A stretch of DNA of 64,000 nt from Tubiluchus corallicola (lineage: Eukaryota > Animalia > Priapulida): assembly GCA_030141605.1 (NCBI GenBank), contig JAQGDQ010000015.1, positions 434,001 through 498,000 of the forward strand, in the 5' to 3' direction. The notes under the pieces were generated by a model. It saw only the letters and a list, made by a program, of their open reading frames with translations, was not told the origin of the DNA and searched no databases. Positions 27,101 to 40,893 of this stretch are shown here, piece after piece. Positions within the stretch are counted from its first letter, which is position 1; each line of letters begins with the position of its first letter. A program made the translations under genes and the position numbers.

Positions 27101-27225
27101 TTGATAATTAAAATACTGCTACATTCTGTAATATACGCGTGATTCATTAGGAATGTTTCACGGCAAAAGTACATTATAAAAATTTTATGGTGTGTGTTTT
27201 TTGCTTGTCTAACAAAAATAAATAA
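15060..27225 (+). ncRNA. Candidate spliced lncRNA / small-RNA host gene
   Basis: AG..GT-bounded segments: first exon ending 15118, 17901-18023 (cacag|..|gtaagt), 19132-19242 (tttag|..|gtaaat), exon ending 19712 (|gtatgt), 24050-24119 (ttttgtag|..|gtaagt), terminal segment from 24346 (ttttaccccgcag|) to AATAAA 27217-27222; no protein-like ORF; many hairpins. Confidence 0.45.
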
Positions 27226-27239
27226 CACGGAATGCAACA

Positions 27240-27450
27240 GTCACCGGAAGTTACAATTTTTGATCACCGGAAACGGAGGACTTTTGCCGAGCCTATGACA
27301 GAAAACGGTTCAAGAAAAGTTCAAATTTATTGTCTGATTTATTGCGTTGCTGATACATTGCTGTTTGCTTTTGCGTTGACGAGTTTGATAAGAAAATTTA
27401 ATCAAGCAAAAAAGTCAACAGAGACCGGCTTGTTTTATGGCGACCTTAAC
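27240..27450 (+). promoter_or_regulatory. Probable promoter of CAAP1
   Basis: Tandem ETS/GABP sites CCGGAAGT (27244-27251) and CCGGAAAC (~27267), YY1-like ATGGCG (~27437), local CpG enrichment; strong downstream donor CAG|gtaagt at 28186. CAAP1 coding exon 1 begins with an acceptor, so an upstream UTR exon is required. Confidence 0.5.
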
Positions 27451-29559
27451 AGACATTTTAATCGCCAAGTGGGACATTTTAGTGTGGACCACCTGCGACT
27501 AGGTTCTAATCTTAAACTAAATTAAAGAAAAATTTGTTGCTGCGCTCAACTGATAGTTCCTTCGGGACTGTTGAAATTATACAGCCATAGACGAGATTAA
27601 ACTGATTACAGTCGTAATGTTTCAACCTTTGTCGTTAATTCTTCGGGAATTAGTTAACCGTTGATTAGAATATATAGGCGTCATTGTGCGCTTTGCGTGT
27701 TTTTAAATGTCAAGATTATAGGTTTGGTATAAGTGCTGTCAGTTTTTAATTTGTAATATACATATCTTATTTTATTTCGGTGGTATAGGGCCCTATATAG
27801 AGATTCGAGGCTACTGCTCCCAGAATGACATCACTTTTCGCGATCTGTATGTCAAACGAAAGGTCTCGATCCAGTCCTTTACCATTGGGGGCTTATTTTT
27901 TTGCATTATTGCACAATACATCTGATTTCTGCATAATTAATTGCACAATTTTGTACATAATTTTGCACAGTACTAAAATATCCACATTTTGATGAAGTCC
28001 TATTAGTTCGGTTTTGGTTAGCGTTTCTCCTATTATTGTTGTCGACAATAAAGTAACCGTGCAATAATCAGTTAAGAATTATGTACGTACAATTGAATTC
28101 ACTGCTGTTTACTTTCAAAGTAATATAATTTTGCTTTATGTTTGTTTACAAACACAGAATATAAGCGATAACTCAGTAAACAGCAGGTAAGTTGTAAACA
28201 AAATGCGGCAAACAAAGTTCAGTTGTAATTTAGCGTGTTATCGCCCTGTAAGGTGAATAGATTTGAGAGATAAGACGCATTAAGGGGTCGGATTAGCTCG
28301 TTAACTCCCGCCCAGGTACCAAAGAGTAAACATTCTGAGACAGGTGTAGGGGTTATGCACTTAGTTTGTAAAACTATGCGACGCATCTTGCTCATGATAC
28401 AGTACTAAAATTCGTTAAACAGCTAAATAAATGCATTTGTAACTTTAGAAGAAATCGCTAATTAAGCTTCCTGCTTTTTTATTCCCTGCTTTGGTTGAAG
28501 GACTAATACCATCCAAATTGAGTTTCGAATTAGGACTGTCTGTCCTTTCGTCAGCCCGCACATTTTGTTTATAACTGCTTGTAACTTTTGGCTGGTGAAT
28601 TTAAATACTTGCATTCCGTTACGACTTTGTCCTGTGGTCAAATTGATAATGCCAGCAGACATACAGCGCAAGCCAAAAGCAAATTTAATGTATTATAGAA
28701 TATCCATGAAGTCTACACATGCAGTAAATATATCATTTGATGAGAGCGGCTCCAAACCTGTTCAAATCGTATTTTTTTAAAATAGAAATTGAAATTAAAC
28801 AAGGTAATATATAAGAAATTAAAAATGTTAAATATGTATACATTATTGACTTTTGTGCCATTTCTATGAGAATTTGTTGTGGTGCACTAAAATATTTTCT
28901 ATAGTTATTTGGAACAATCGTGTTTTTTTATTTTGGGTTTATGTAGTTATTTATGCAATAGCAGAGTTGCAGTGTGAAATCAGCATTTTCATAAAAAAAG
29001 TTCACCTTTGTGTTATATTTTCATTCGTGAAAATGTAGCGATTTAATTTCAGTTAATTCCGAACTAAATTTGAAAAAATAAGCCAATTGATTATATCAGT
29101 ATTAAATTAGGATAACTTCACTTTTTGTCGAATCATGTTTAAACTGCTTTTAGAAACTTAGTGAACACTTTCCAGTTGGCTTCTAAAAGCGAATTTTGGA
29201 CTTGCCGCATCCTGTTATTAACGCAAAATAAGGAATTATATTTAAAACGATTCAATGGTTGTCTGAATATTGACGGACAGGTGGACAACGTGTTAGAAAG
29301 AACTCCCATTTCATGCTCTAAAAGTCTAAGTTATTAATTTCCACCAGAAATTCGAGTGCATGAAGTTCATCATAGGTTCTAGAGTCCTAGGTCATACGGG
29401 TATGACGTTTAATGTTGGTCTCTGTGACTAGGTTAAATATTATATTGCATTTCTCAGTTGATAATTATCTATACTCGGAGATTGTATTTTTACATTAGAT
29501 ATATTACGCCTCCTCCCTTGCACAGTCTCGTACATATGTATTACATAACTAAACTGCAG

Positions 29560-29740
29560 CGGTCTTATTCACCGCCTCTTCGTTTTATCTTCATCACTGT
29601 AAGCTAAGCCTTATATCCATGAACAAACGGTTAATTTATCTGCACCGCCTCGTGATCGGCAGCAAAAACCGACCGGCGGATGCAAATTATTCCGTTCACG
29701 GAAGCTGCACGTAATGGAAAACGAAATGGTGAACACGAAA
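29560..29740. mobile_element. Palindromic MITE-like element
   Basis: TTCACC..TTCGTTTT at left vs AAAACGAA..GGTGAA at right; inner TGCACCGCC vs GGCGGATGCA. Confidence 0.4.
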
Positions 29741-29987
29741 ATTAACGAGGGAAGTGACCCAGATAAACTGAAGAGCAATTAATCCAGTTTACCCTGCGGA
29801 CCAAAACCTGTGTTGCTCTGCAGAATCTTACCAGGTATGGGAAAAAGAAAAGTACATGCGGTTTCAGACGAGGATCAACTTCCGTCGTTTAACCATAGTA
29901 TTGTGACGTAGACCCGGTTTATTTTAGACAAAACTGCTCTTTGAAATGTAGGTTTTTCTCTATAAGATGTTTCTGATTCACATTTGA

Positions 29988-30102
29988 ATAAGGAAGCAAA
30001 AGGAGGAGGGAGACAGCGAAATTAAGAGAAACGGGATAAAAAGAGAAACAGAGGACGGAGAAGAAAGAGAGAGGGACAGAGAGAAAAAGGGTGAGAGAGA
30101 GC
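29988..30102 (+). repeat. Purine-rich (AG) low-complexity tract
   Basis: Near-pure A/G run; source of the spurious minus-strand S/L-rich ORF. Confidence 0.8.
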
Positions 30103-33037
30103 TTTGAAAATGAATAGGTGTAGGTTTTATTCATGAAGTGCTTGTTTAAATATCAAACTTTGACACTTTGAGGATAAATTAAAAAATGGAGATGAGAGTA
30201 ATTTTTTGTAGTGATTGTATAGTCGCACTCTTCTCATATCTGCATTCTTTATTTTGGTTTCACAAGGTTATATATTTAGACATTCTGACAGCCAGAAAGA
30301 TTACTACGTGTATTGGTATTTGACTTTCCGTGACTACCTACCATAGGCGATCTTAGACTGCGTGTCCGCCAAATCCAGAGTGATCCGTACTAAGGCGACC
30401 GTTTTCGTCTGTTTTCGGGTGAAAAGTTTCCGTTCTAAACACATTACATCGAAATCAATAGGTTTGAACTTTTTATGTGTCCACTGCTTTCGCACAAAAT
30501 ACGTTTTTGGTATGCCAAAATAGATTTTTCGATGTGACAGAATTTTTACGGACATTGCGGACAAAACATTCTCGTGTACATTAGCACGTGACCATTATTA
30601 AATATCGTCAAATGTATCAAATTATCTGTGGACAAGGCCATCTTTAATTCTGTGCAAAGCGAAAGGGCACTTTGTGTTAAAACTCCCGCAAAATAGGGAT
30701 TTTGTACTGCCACCTTAGCTGAAGCCAGCACAGAACTTGCGGTTGATGGTTCTGTTAATTAAAATAGGAAATCTAGTAGTTGCTTAACGTAAAAGTACAG
30801 CACTGAACATTAACATTGAAGTGTAGAAGCCAAACATTTAATAAAAGAGGCGACACAAATGTCGTAAATTTCCGTGTGTCCGTAAATGTCCATATAACTT
30901 GAGATGTATCCGTATTTGGTGGATACGTAGCCTCAACGAGGGTACAAGTGGAAAAAATCATTAAAGATGCGAAACGGATAAATAAGATCTAGGACGCGTC
31001 CCGTATCTTCTTCGTAGTACAAACGAGACTTTTGATGTCTTACATTTGACTTTGCGTAGACCTTTGTTCACATCTTAGGCAAAATTGAAATGAATGGCAG
31101 CCAAAAAGTACAGTATAAGTCCTTTAACTTAAATTGTGAGTACTTTTACCACGAGTACTCTTTAAATGACACTACATAATTTATGTACCACGCGTTGACG
31201 GGTTGAATATAGTGAACGCCGCCAGTAAAACAGCCTTCACTCACTTGAAATTGAAACATGCTCACGGTTTTGCCCAATGATCGATGTGATCTTAATGTGC
31301 ATGTGCATTGAATTTGTAAATTGTGCCGTAAAGTACATGTAAAAAGAAACGAGACAAGTTTGTTGCATACTGTTAATGCACATTGGCGATGGCTGGACTT
31401 TGAAGTCTGGCGGTAAAAGTTTAATGTAAAACGCGTGTTTGACTTTATGCTTCGGCTAAACTCGAATTGATTGATTCGTTTAACTTCTCCGCTTGACTAG
31501 CGTTTACCTAAAGCCGAAGTAATGGCTTTCCTTGAAAAAGGGTACATTCTCTTTGTTTTAAAATCGCAACTTACACTAATTCTTCGACTTTCTTGACGTA
31601 ACGTATCGTGAGGATATACCAGAGGGACGTATTTACTAGGTCTAGGTCCTATTTACAGCACGGACAGCACTGCAGCTCTTAGTTTAAGTGGCGTGATATC
31701 TCCAGAAACTCATGTACTCTCAAATTGAATCCTGTAAATGTACTCTAAATGTAAACAGTAATACTGTGCACTACATGTAATGTGCTTAAAAGATTTTTAC
31801 TTTGTCATTACTAATCTACATTCATGAGACCATAGGAGCATTGTGAATTTCAAATGACATTTGCAGTGCTAAAGCGTGCTATGTAAATAGAGGTACCAAT
31901 CATTGCAATTTTGTCAACATGTTCGAATCTGTTTGGTCCTGAAATTTTGTACTTTGTATACAAAAGATGTATAAACTCATAATAAAATATTTAGAAGTGC
32001 TAACGGTGAAAGGATGTTATGATAATGGTTATGGCTAATCTTTTCATAGTTTAGTGCTAAACATTGGCTGGAAAAGTCAATTATAGTACTGGCAATTGTC
32101 AGGCTTGCTGAACTAATTATGAATCAGATTAACTGGCTTCACAAATCATTTCACTACACTGGGCATTTCAGCGGTAGTACGCTGTGCTAATTTAGGTTTA
32201 TATTACAAAATGACACTCGCATTTCGGTCGAAATGAAGACAGTCAGTATTGCCTTAATGATAGTGATTTTATAAATTTTACATACTGTAGTTTATTTTAT
32301 GTTAGCTTTATTCATTCATTCACTGAATTTTATGGTACGTGAATTTCAAAGCAAAGGCTTATTCTTTATATAAAAGAACGCAAAATAATAAGTTAATTGG
32401 AGATCATTTATTTTGCTTTTTAATTTTTATACTCTAGACTTGTAAAGCACTGGTGGAAATGCCATTAGTACATTTATAAATTCGAGTCGTTTTTGAGAAG
32501 GCTACAATATGAGATAGTTTCGCTAAACTATTAAATTTTTTTTTTATGAACGAAATAAAGCGAAAAAAATTTAATGCGTTTAAAAACTATCGTCAAGAAA
32601 CTTTTATCTTCTTAATTTTTTTTGAGCCATTTTATTACTGGTCTTCTTCGATACGTTTTCGACCGAAGCTCATTCTAGCGAGCAAAATGCGAAACACCTT
32701 GATCGAATCTACTTGGCAACAGGCAAATTTTGCTTTTTCTAGACTTTTGACTGTTAGATTAGAGTTTTTGTTTATTCCACTATCAGTACATCTGGTTTCA
32801 AGGTTGAACAGCTTATAGAAATGCCAGGTTGTTTACACTAACTTAGGGTATGTCTGGATAGAAAAATAGTAAACAAGGTTTTATCTTGTGTATGAGTTTG
32901 CGAAATGCGTTTCAGTGGGAGTTTATCACACAAAGTTCATGAAATATTTACATTTATATTGAGTAAACAAAGGTTTTGTATTAGTCCTTCGAACATTTTT
33001 GACGTAGCGTCATCTATAAGTTTATCATTCGGAAATT

Positions 33038-33169
33038 AAACAGTTACAATAGCCGTTGAGAATATCATCATTTTACTGAAGATTAGTTTTAGTCAGTTTG
33101 AACGTTTTGCAAACTGACTGAAGCTAATCTTCAATAAAATGATATTCTCAGTGGCTGTTGTAGCTGTTT
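33038..33169 (+). repeat. Long near-perfect inverted repeat (60-position stem, 9-nt loop); candidate RNA hairpin
   Basis: Arms pair with 6 G-T wobbles, one C-A mismatch and one 3-nt bulge. Confidence 0.9.
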
Positions 33170-33558
33170 TATCGGTTTGCCACCATAACAGTTTATTTTT
33201 ACGTTAGTCGTTATTTCATCCCATCTAATTAACAATGGAAATTACGAAATAATAAGTGATTATTTGAAATTAAAGTAAGTGATACAATTATCCAGGTTGT
33301 GATGGCTTTAGCGTTACTTTAATTAAAAAATTGTTTATTTGATAAAAAATTGAAATTAGTACCTTAAATATTCGAAAATTCAAAAATGTGGAGTTTATAA
33401 AAGGCATCATGTGTAAATAAGACCATGAATCCTTCGATGGTAGAGGCAAACTATTTTGTAATAGATCGATGGTTGATTTTCAAATGCTAATTCTTTATTT
33501 CGATTTTTTAAAGAATATACGGACAGAGGTATTGCGATGCACCTACAAGGAGAGTGGT

Positions 33559-33837
<279 letters not shown>

Positions 33838-35521
33838 CAGGTGAATTTGTTTCTCCAGTTTAATTAGCATAAAGTATTTTTATTACACACAAAGGATGTA
33901 GGTATCTTTCCTGGTATGTGCCTATTATAATATAACCTATTTTTATTTAATTATACACAAAGGGCTATAAATATTTAATTCTGCTCTTTTTTCTCTGCCG
34001 CCATCAGTCTGCTTGCACTTTCATACATCGTAGTTTCTGCGAATATCATAAAGTTAAATTGTGTATGATTTACAGTTCGTACGTAAATTTGATCTTGAAT
34101 TACGTCAGCTTGGCTCCACTTTGTCAGTTTTATTTCTCCTAATTAACCTTGTAAATTATAAATCGCCTGCAAATTCTCGGAATGAATTTGTTTTGTTGTT
34201 TTGTGCTTGGGGTTCAACAGAGTTCACTTGTTAATTATGTCGTTAATTATTAATTATCTTAGTTCGCATACATTCGTAGTTAATTCTGTGAACTATATAA
34301 CGATAGTAAAAGGACCGTATTTATAATTTCCGATAACTGTTTTACAAATCTCTTGTTATTATTTCTTCTTTTTTCCTTCTCCCTTTTCTTTCTTCGTCTT
34401 TCTTTTCGAGTTTCCAGACTCCAGTTTGTTCAATGCTTGGTATGTATATTTTGCATGGCAAATTACCACTCTTGGACGTTGTACTAGCTATTTTTGTTTG
34501 ATCGACGTTGGAATAATTTTTAAACTGTAATGTGAATTCCTGTAATGTAACCTATGACTTTGGGTGAAAAGTTAATGAAAAATATGTGATCTTGTCAGGG
34601 TCATTCACATAAAAGTGCAAGAACAAGTGTGAGTGGCTAGAATGCACCAAGTAAACGTTGGAATAATAGCATGAACCTGGGTTACCAAAGGTAAATGGTC
34701 ACCAGAAAGACATAATCCAAAAATGCTTAGAAATGTAAAATTAAAATAGCAATCCACAATGCAGCAATAAGGTGACAGGCGTTGAAATGCACATAGCTAA
34801 GCACTCATGTATTCACGCACACACGCACGGTCTCGCACACACGAATATTGCCTTTTCGTATGACGTGAAAAGAAAGATATACTTGCAAAATGCTACCACG
34901 CGTTAGAAATTTCTAATGTCAAGGTTGTCGTCTTAATAAGTAATGTTCTGATACTTGTGACGCTTGTCTTTGTAATACTTCAAATAGATATCAGGAGAAT
35001 GCAGAAGAGATCACGACTGAGTTCTAAGGTCACTCAAAGGGGACATCACATAAAAAAGCTAAGGTTAGAACAAAAACTGTTGCTTTATTGCTTTTCCTTC
35101 TCAATTAATTGACAGGAAGCAAATAGCTACAAAATGTCAGAAATAAGTGTCTGCTCTGTGCACATCTTTTTTTTGTTTTTGTTGAATGTGAACACTATTT
35201 TTATGTATTGCTATTTTCTAAGCTTTTCTGTAGATCACATTAAATCCGCATACACATGGTAATTGAGCATTTCGGGATTTTCTTTTATTGGCATCCCAGT
35301 CCTGCTGTGGTGTTTAGCAACTAGTCACGTCCTGTTGAAAATAGCTCATTCCATTAAGCGCTAGATGGCTAGTTTGTATGCTGACTACAAAATATTAATA
35401 CATGTATAAATCACTAAGCATATTTTAAATCTATGTTATATGTCTGATTAATTCATATTTTTATATACTCATTAATTGATGTTTTGAAATTATTTCCAGG
35501 TTTTTTTGCAACTTTTGAACA

Positions 35522-35686
35522 ATGATTCCCGATTCCACTCAAGATGCCAAGAAGCCTATTAGAAGCTCCGTGCTTGTAAAGGCAAGAGCCACCAGATCTC
35601 GAGATGAGAGAGGCAAAAAGAGAAAAAAGCCTGACAACAAAAAGCAATCAAATAAGAAACAGAAGGAAGCAAAGTCTGTAAAGAAG
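35522..35686 (+). CDS. CAAP1: CAAP1 homolog, coding exon 1 (Lys/Arg-rich N-terminus, likely NLS)
   Basis: Acceptor tttccag at 35499, ATG 35522 in ACAATG context, donor AAG|gtaatg, phase 0; MIPDSTQDAKK...RGKKRKKPDNKKQSNKKQKEAKSVKK. Confidence 0.75.
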
Positions 35687-37293
35687 GTAATGTTGAAAAA
35701 TCACAGAAAGAGTTTATAGTTGTGTGTTTCGTTTTAAGTCTATGATTATCAATTTGTGTTTTAAACAAATTGGTCTAATTAACAAGTAAATTGACACTAG
35801 TTTAGTGGAAGGGGCCCGTTTTTTTGCACTTGATCTCCAAATGACGTTTGCTCTCTTGCTTAACTTGTCTCGTCGCAATCATGGCTCTGGCTTTTTAGTT
35901 TGATTTATTTTAAACTACATAATAGAACAGCCCTAAGAGTCACATACATTAGTATTTGATTTTCATTTTGGTGCCTTGCATGTTACCTAGGTAGCCTATT
36001 TCCACTTTTTGGCGCATGCTTAATGCACGCCTTTTGCAGCTCTGCTTCCATGTAAAAAATTCGAGCCTAGAAGCTCAGTATTTTTGGAATTTTAATTAGT
36101 AATCGAGCTGTAAAGCTATAAGATTCTACCAGAACACACTGGAGAATCTTAATAACTGCATTACTGAGATTTGTAATATCATCGTTAGTTAGAATAGTGC
36201 ATTTACAACAACAGTTTTTTGTTGTTGTAAATTTTGTTGTAGCTCTATATAGAGGACTGCACTCACGTTAGCTTCAGCTTCCACTGAAAATGTTACTTTA
36301 TTTCAATTTTTAATAATTTTCCATTTTGCTTCATACGTATATTGTGTGTAATGGAACATCTGTTGCGGACGAAATTGACCAATCAATTTTGCTGAATTCA
36401 TTGCTGTGTGTCTACGTGCAGTTATATGGCGGAAAATTGAAAAAAGCACTCCAGTTTTTGGTTTAAATTGACACGAACTTAATAATAGATAAGGAGAAAA
36501 ATTGCAATATGGCGGATACACCTGAGACCAATAATCCCGAGGAAATGAGTGAATTTTGTTTGTTTGTGTTGTGATATATGTTTCTATTGAAGGAACCAAG
36601 GAATTTTCGCCTAAATTTTGTTTGCTGGATTTTATTTTCACTTTCTATCATTATTCAATAGTAACAATATCATAGATATACTACTATATATGCAGTGCGA
36701 AAATAATTTCTGCATGTGTCTGTAACACAATGGATAAGGCAGCTTACCTTTTTATTAGGACACAGAAATTGCCTCGAAACTGCAACTCTGTTGACAACAT
36801 GCTTGTCCGATTTCGAAAATGCACTAAAAAATAACTTTTTGCAAGAAGGCAGGCAAAAAATGAGTTGGGCCGAAACATGTAAACAGAAACCGACAGTACA
36901 GAAAGAACAATTACTAAAAAACCCCTTATTTCATTATCTCATTTCACTGCTGCGTTTCTCAAATCCTATCGTCGGGGTTTCTGAAATACACTGGTTTCAT
37001 GACTAATTTTTTCTTCAAGAATGTCATTGATCTTTGATTTCTGTAATAAAAAGTGATTAGAATTAGAAAAAAGTTCAAGTAAGGAATAATATAATGATTA
37101 AAATATTTAAATATGCGTTTGCACCTACCTCTATTATTGCGAAGGCATTCTCAGTTTTTGATACACTTTAGTATGTAAACAGCCATGCCAGTGCTTCGGG
37201 GGTGTACCAAACCAATTTTGATTTTTTAGATAGCTATTTGAAAATGTTCAACTTTCTATTTGACTTTCAGTCTTCTATTTGTAATAATTAAAG

Positions 37294-37452
37294 GATGAGG
37301 ATGATTGTCCATCGGACAGCAGTCAAATGAATCTGAGCATAGAACTCAAGCCCATTGGTGGTTACCTTAATGACCGGTTGCTGATGCTGGAGCAAATGTT
37401 TCACTCCTTGAAAGAGAAGAAAATTCGTGCCATGCTTCCTGAAATTTTGAAG
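37294..37452 (+). CDS. CAAP1: CAAP1 homolog, exon 2 (first half of CAAP1 domain)
   Basis: DEDDCPSDSSQMNLSIELKPIGGYLNDRLLMLEQMFHSLKEKKIRAMLPEILK resembles the recalled vertebrate LKP..Y..D...ML.Q.F....EKK...MLP..LK; phase 0/0. Confidence 0.9.
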
Positions 37453-37524
37453 GTTCTAAAGGTTTTTGTAATATTCTTACTATTGGTACTACTGTTACTG
37501 CTTTGTTATTGCCTAATCTGAAAC

Positions 37525-37788
37525 GGTATAGTCCATGCACGAGTAAGGCATTTAGTCACATCTGTGTGTCCATCCCTCTGTCTGCACAATAAAATCAAAA
37601 CGGATGAAGTTATAATCGCCAAACGTATCACATGGATCGTCTAGGGAAGACGTGGCAGACTACTGTTCTTTGGTTCAATAGGCCAAAGATCAAAGTCACA
37701 AGGTCAAAAAATGCCAGTATAAATTTTTGCCCGTAATGACTTGGTGTGCGGGCGTGGGTCTGCACTTCCATTGAGAAGCCTCTAGTTT
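37525..37788 (+). mobile_element. Non-autonomous Helitron/Helentron-associated (HINE/DINE-1-like) element
   Basis: 5' tgtgtgtcc..tctgtctg microsatellite remnant, repeated ggtcaaag/aggtca motif, GC-rich subterminal segment, 3' end CTAG followed by T-run. Confidence 0.55.
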
Positions 37789-40700
37789 TTGCAAACTGGT
37801 TTATGATTCACTTGTCGAGTGTATTTAGTTAATTAAATGTTCCCAAAAAGTTTTCTGTTATAAAGGTGTGGAATTAGAAAGAAACGAAATTTTCTCCTGT
37901 CTTGAGCGCTGTCACAGAATGTTTGTGGCAAATTGTAAAAAGCACCCCACGACCAATCGTAAAACCATTGCATGCAGTATTATGGTTTCTACCCACACGT
38001 GCTCATCCTATGTATTTTGAATATTTTTTGAATCAGTGGACTTTTTTCTTATAATTCTGTTTGATTGGTATAAGCCTTGCCCGAAGGTAGCACAATTGTA
38101 GTTAGAAATATTTTGAGGCTTGAGATGCTTTAAAAACGGTAAACTTTCGTTTAACGGTGAAAAGCAAAGTTAGCGGTTTCTTTGCAGAAGTTAATTTCAT
38201 TTGTGCCATTTAGGAACGCCCTGTACATGTCACATTTCAGTTTTGTTCGAGCTGATTCTATTTGTGCTGACGCGTGCGTGGGTTATCGATGTTTTCAGCA
38301 AATTTGCCGGCAGAGATACATTTGCGATCTGATTTCTCATTTTACGAGAGTTGCTTTTCTAAAAACTGCAAACGTTGATTTAATAGCAAGTCAGAAATTT
38401 GAAATTTCGCAAAAGGTTCAACTTTGCGTGCACTTTGCTGGAAATTGAATCAGCTTGCGTTGAATAAAACATTGCGTCTCCCCCGAAGCTGCTTACAGTT
38501 GAAATGAGAGATTGCGCACGAATCTGAGCGTATATGAAACCATAAATTAAAACAGTTTCAAATGCTAGGCTTTTCTGATAGAGACGTTTTTCAAAATGCC
38601 AAGAAATAATGTACATAAAATTGTCAATGTTCGAATGTCAAACAATTATTTATGTTGCACTAATACGTTCAATATACGTTTAATTCCCCATAAGTGTGGC
38701 ACTGTAATTGATTAGGTTTATTTATATTCTTGGATAAAATGTTTAAAGTACTTGAAAAGCACAAATAAGAAAACATAATTAGATGTTTTACTAAAATATC
38801 TGATGCTGCCCGTGAAACGCATTTGGCATGATTCAGCATTTTCCGTGAGTTACTTTCTTATTATAAATTCACAGTTTTGTCACCAGCAAGAAGAATGACT
38901 AATCTTAAGTACATGACGAATCGATTACTGATGACATCTCAAAATGAGTCACCAACTCCCCTTTTCAATGTAACTGATAGGTATAATTTTGAAGATTGTA
39001 TAATTTTGAAGATTGTAAAACGTTTTTTGTTATGTCGCTTACTTATTTTACCTATTGCCGATGTGTGGCAATCTTTACTTTTGCTTTTTCGGTGTACGAG
39101 TCGTTTACCGACAAGCAGTTAAAATTTACTTTTTACAAATTGGGAACCTTTTATCGCAGACCCCAAGGTAAATGCGATTATAGATAAACTATGCCTTGAA
39201 CACGTAGTTCTAAATCAAGGAATATTAGCTTGGTATGTATGTAATGGAATACAAACTGTAATGCTTCTCCGATTTAGTTAAGAAACATTTAAGTTAGTTA
39301 AAACTTCTAACTGCTCTTTAGTGTACCGCTAATAGATCTTTTAAGTATTTTTTAACTGCTATTGTGCTGCTCTGGGAGTAATTTACTTTCGATGGCCAAT
39401 TTATTTGGATCAGAGTTATAGACTGCCTCTTCACTAATTATTTTCATAGCCCTTTTATTGTAATAGGTTTATAGATGTTATCATTGATATGGCCATTTTT
39501 GCACTTTGTTCTCAGGAAAGAGTGTAATAACTTTAATTTGGTGGACTAATAATACGAGTAGTATACAACGGGTTATTAGAAAAGGTATAGATTACAGTAC
39601 TGTGCAATGTTTTGGCGATAAATTTTCGGGATTTGATTTTTATGTTTGAAAGCGTTTGAGGACACATTTGTAAGACTGCGTTTAAAATTAATTTTATCTT
39701 GCTGTCTTACTACCTATTCACCCCCATCGCCAGTGCCACTACCATAGACTCCCACCGACTCCTGTCAGTGTGAATGTGTCTCATGTCTCCTATGTCTCGA
39801 AATTACTCAGAGTCGTACAAAGGCTTAATAGCTTTTACAGTACTCTTAAAACGGGAAAACTCCCAATTTTCGGGAGGCTGAGTTATGGTCGCTAATTCAT
39901 GACTTTGTCCATTTGTGACCGCTCATAAAATAACCTGTAAAAGTAATTTCTGGTGCCATAAGAACTCGAAGTCCAATGGTGGAAAGCATCAATTTGTTAT
40001 TGTTGGCTTGTACTTTCAATAGAATTTTTATAATTATTATTGCTGCAATTTAATAATGCCAAACAAATGCTGCCATTGTGTCTGAAAATAACGTCGTGAT
40101 TGGTTTAAAATTTGTTTTATTTTTGTCAAAAGTAATCACGTTCCATGCGAAGATTATCTTCTTTTCCTAATAACAACTCCGTGTTGAATTCACGTTTCAA
40201 CAAAAAGCTTTTTCGATAATTCTCCTGAAATTCTCTTGTACATTTATGAGTGCGTGAGGCTGTGGATTGTTCCAAGAATGCCGTAATTACTAAATGCCAT
40301 GTAATTGAAAAAATGCGGGAAATAAAATTCTTGGAAAGTAATTAGTTTTTAATTGGACTGGATTTTGACGGACGCGCATTTAAACTCGGTAAAAACTGCA
40401 GTAGGAGTGCGTATATATTGAAATATTAAGATGTGCCACGAAAGCACACACTCCACTGTTGTTACTAAAGGTCCTATGACACTATTTTTATGTTATTTTC
40501 TTTTGAAGCGTAGGCGGAATTACAGATTTCCTGATTTTTAAAACAGTTTTGATGCATGCTTTTATGTGATATGGTAACTTAAATTAAGCGCCGTTGGTAC
40601 TGTCACAAATACTATCGTCCGCCATGACACTCAGCGCTGTGACGTCACGTTAGGAAGCGGCAAATAACAGCCGCAGTACAGTAGAATGTGACAGTATACA

Positions 40701-40893
40701 GTGAACACTGAACAGAACGGTTATAGCTGAGTAATGATTTATCTATTAATAAAAACGTTACTTTCTATAGTATTTATCTATTTATATCAAATAAACTTAT
40801 AAGAATCAGTTTTTATTTTAGAAAAGTGCAAGGAACAAGAAATTTTTGTAACAAACGCAGAGTACTATGTACGTTACTGTACCATTATTTAAG

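Noticed and set aside
27266-27280. CGGAAACGGAG resembling SRP RNA helix 8
   Set aside because: No Alu domain or flanking SRP helices; better explained as an ETS site
27855-27900. GAAAGGTC...GGGGCTTA as RNase P/MRP conserved regions
   Set aside because: Spacing far too short; context resembles a non-autonomous DNA transposon remnant
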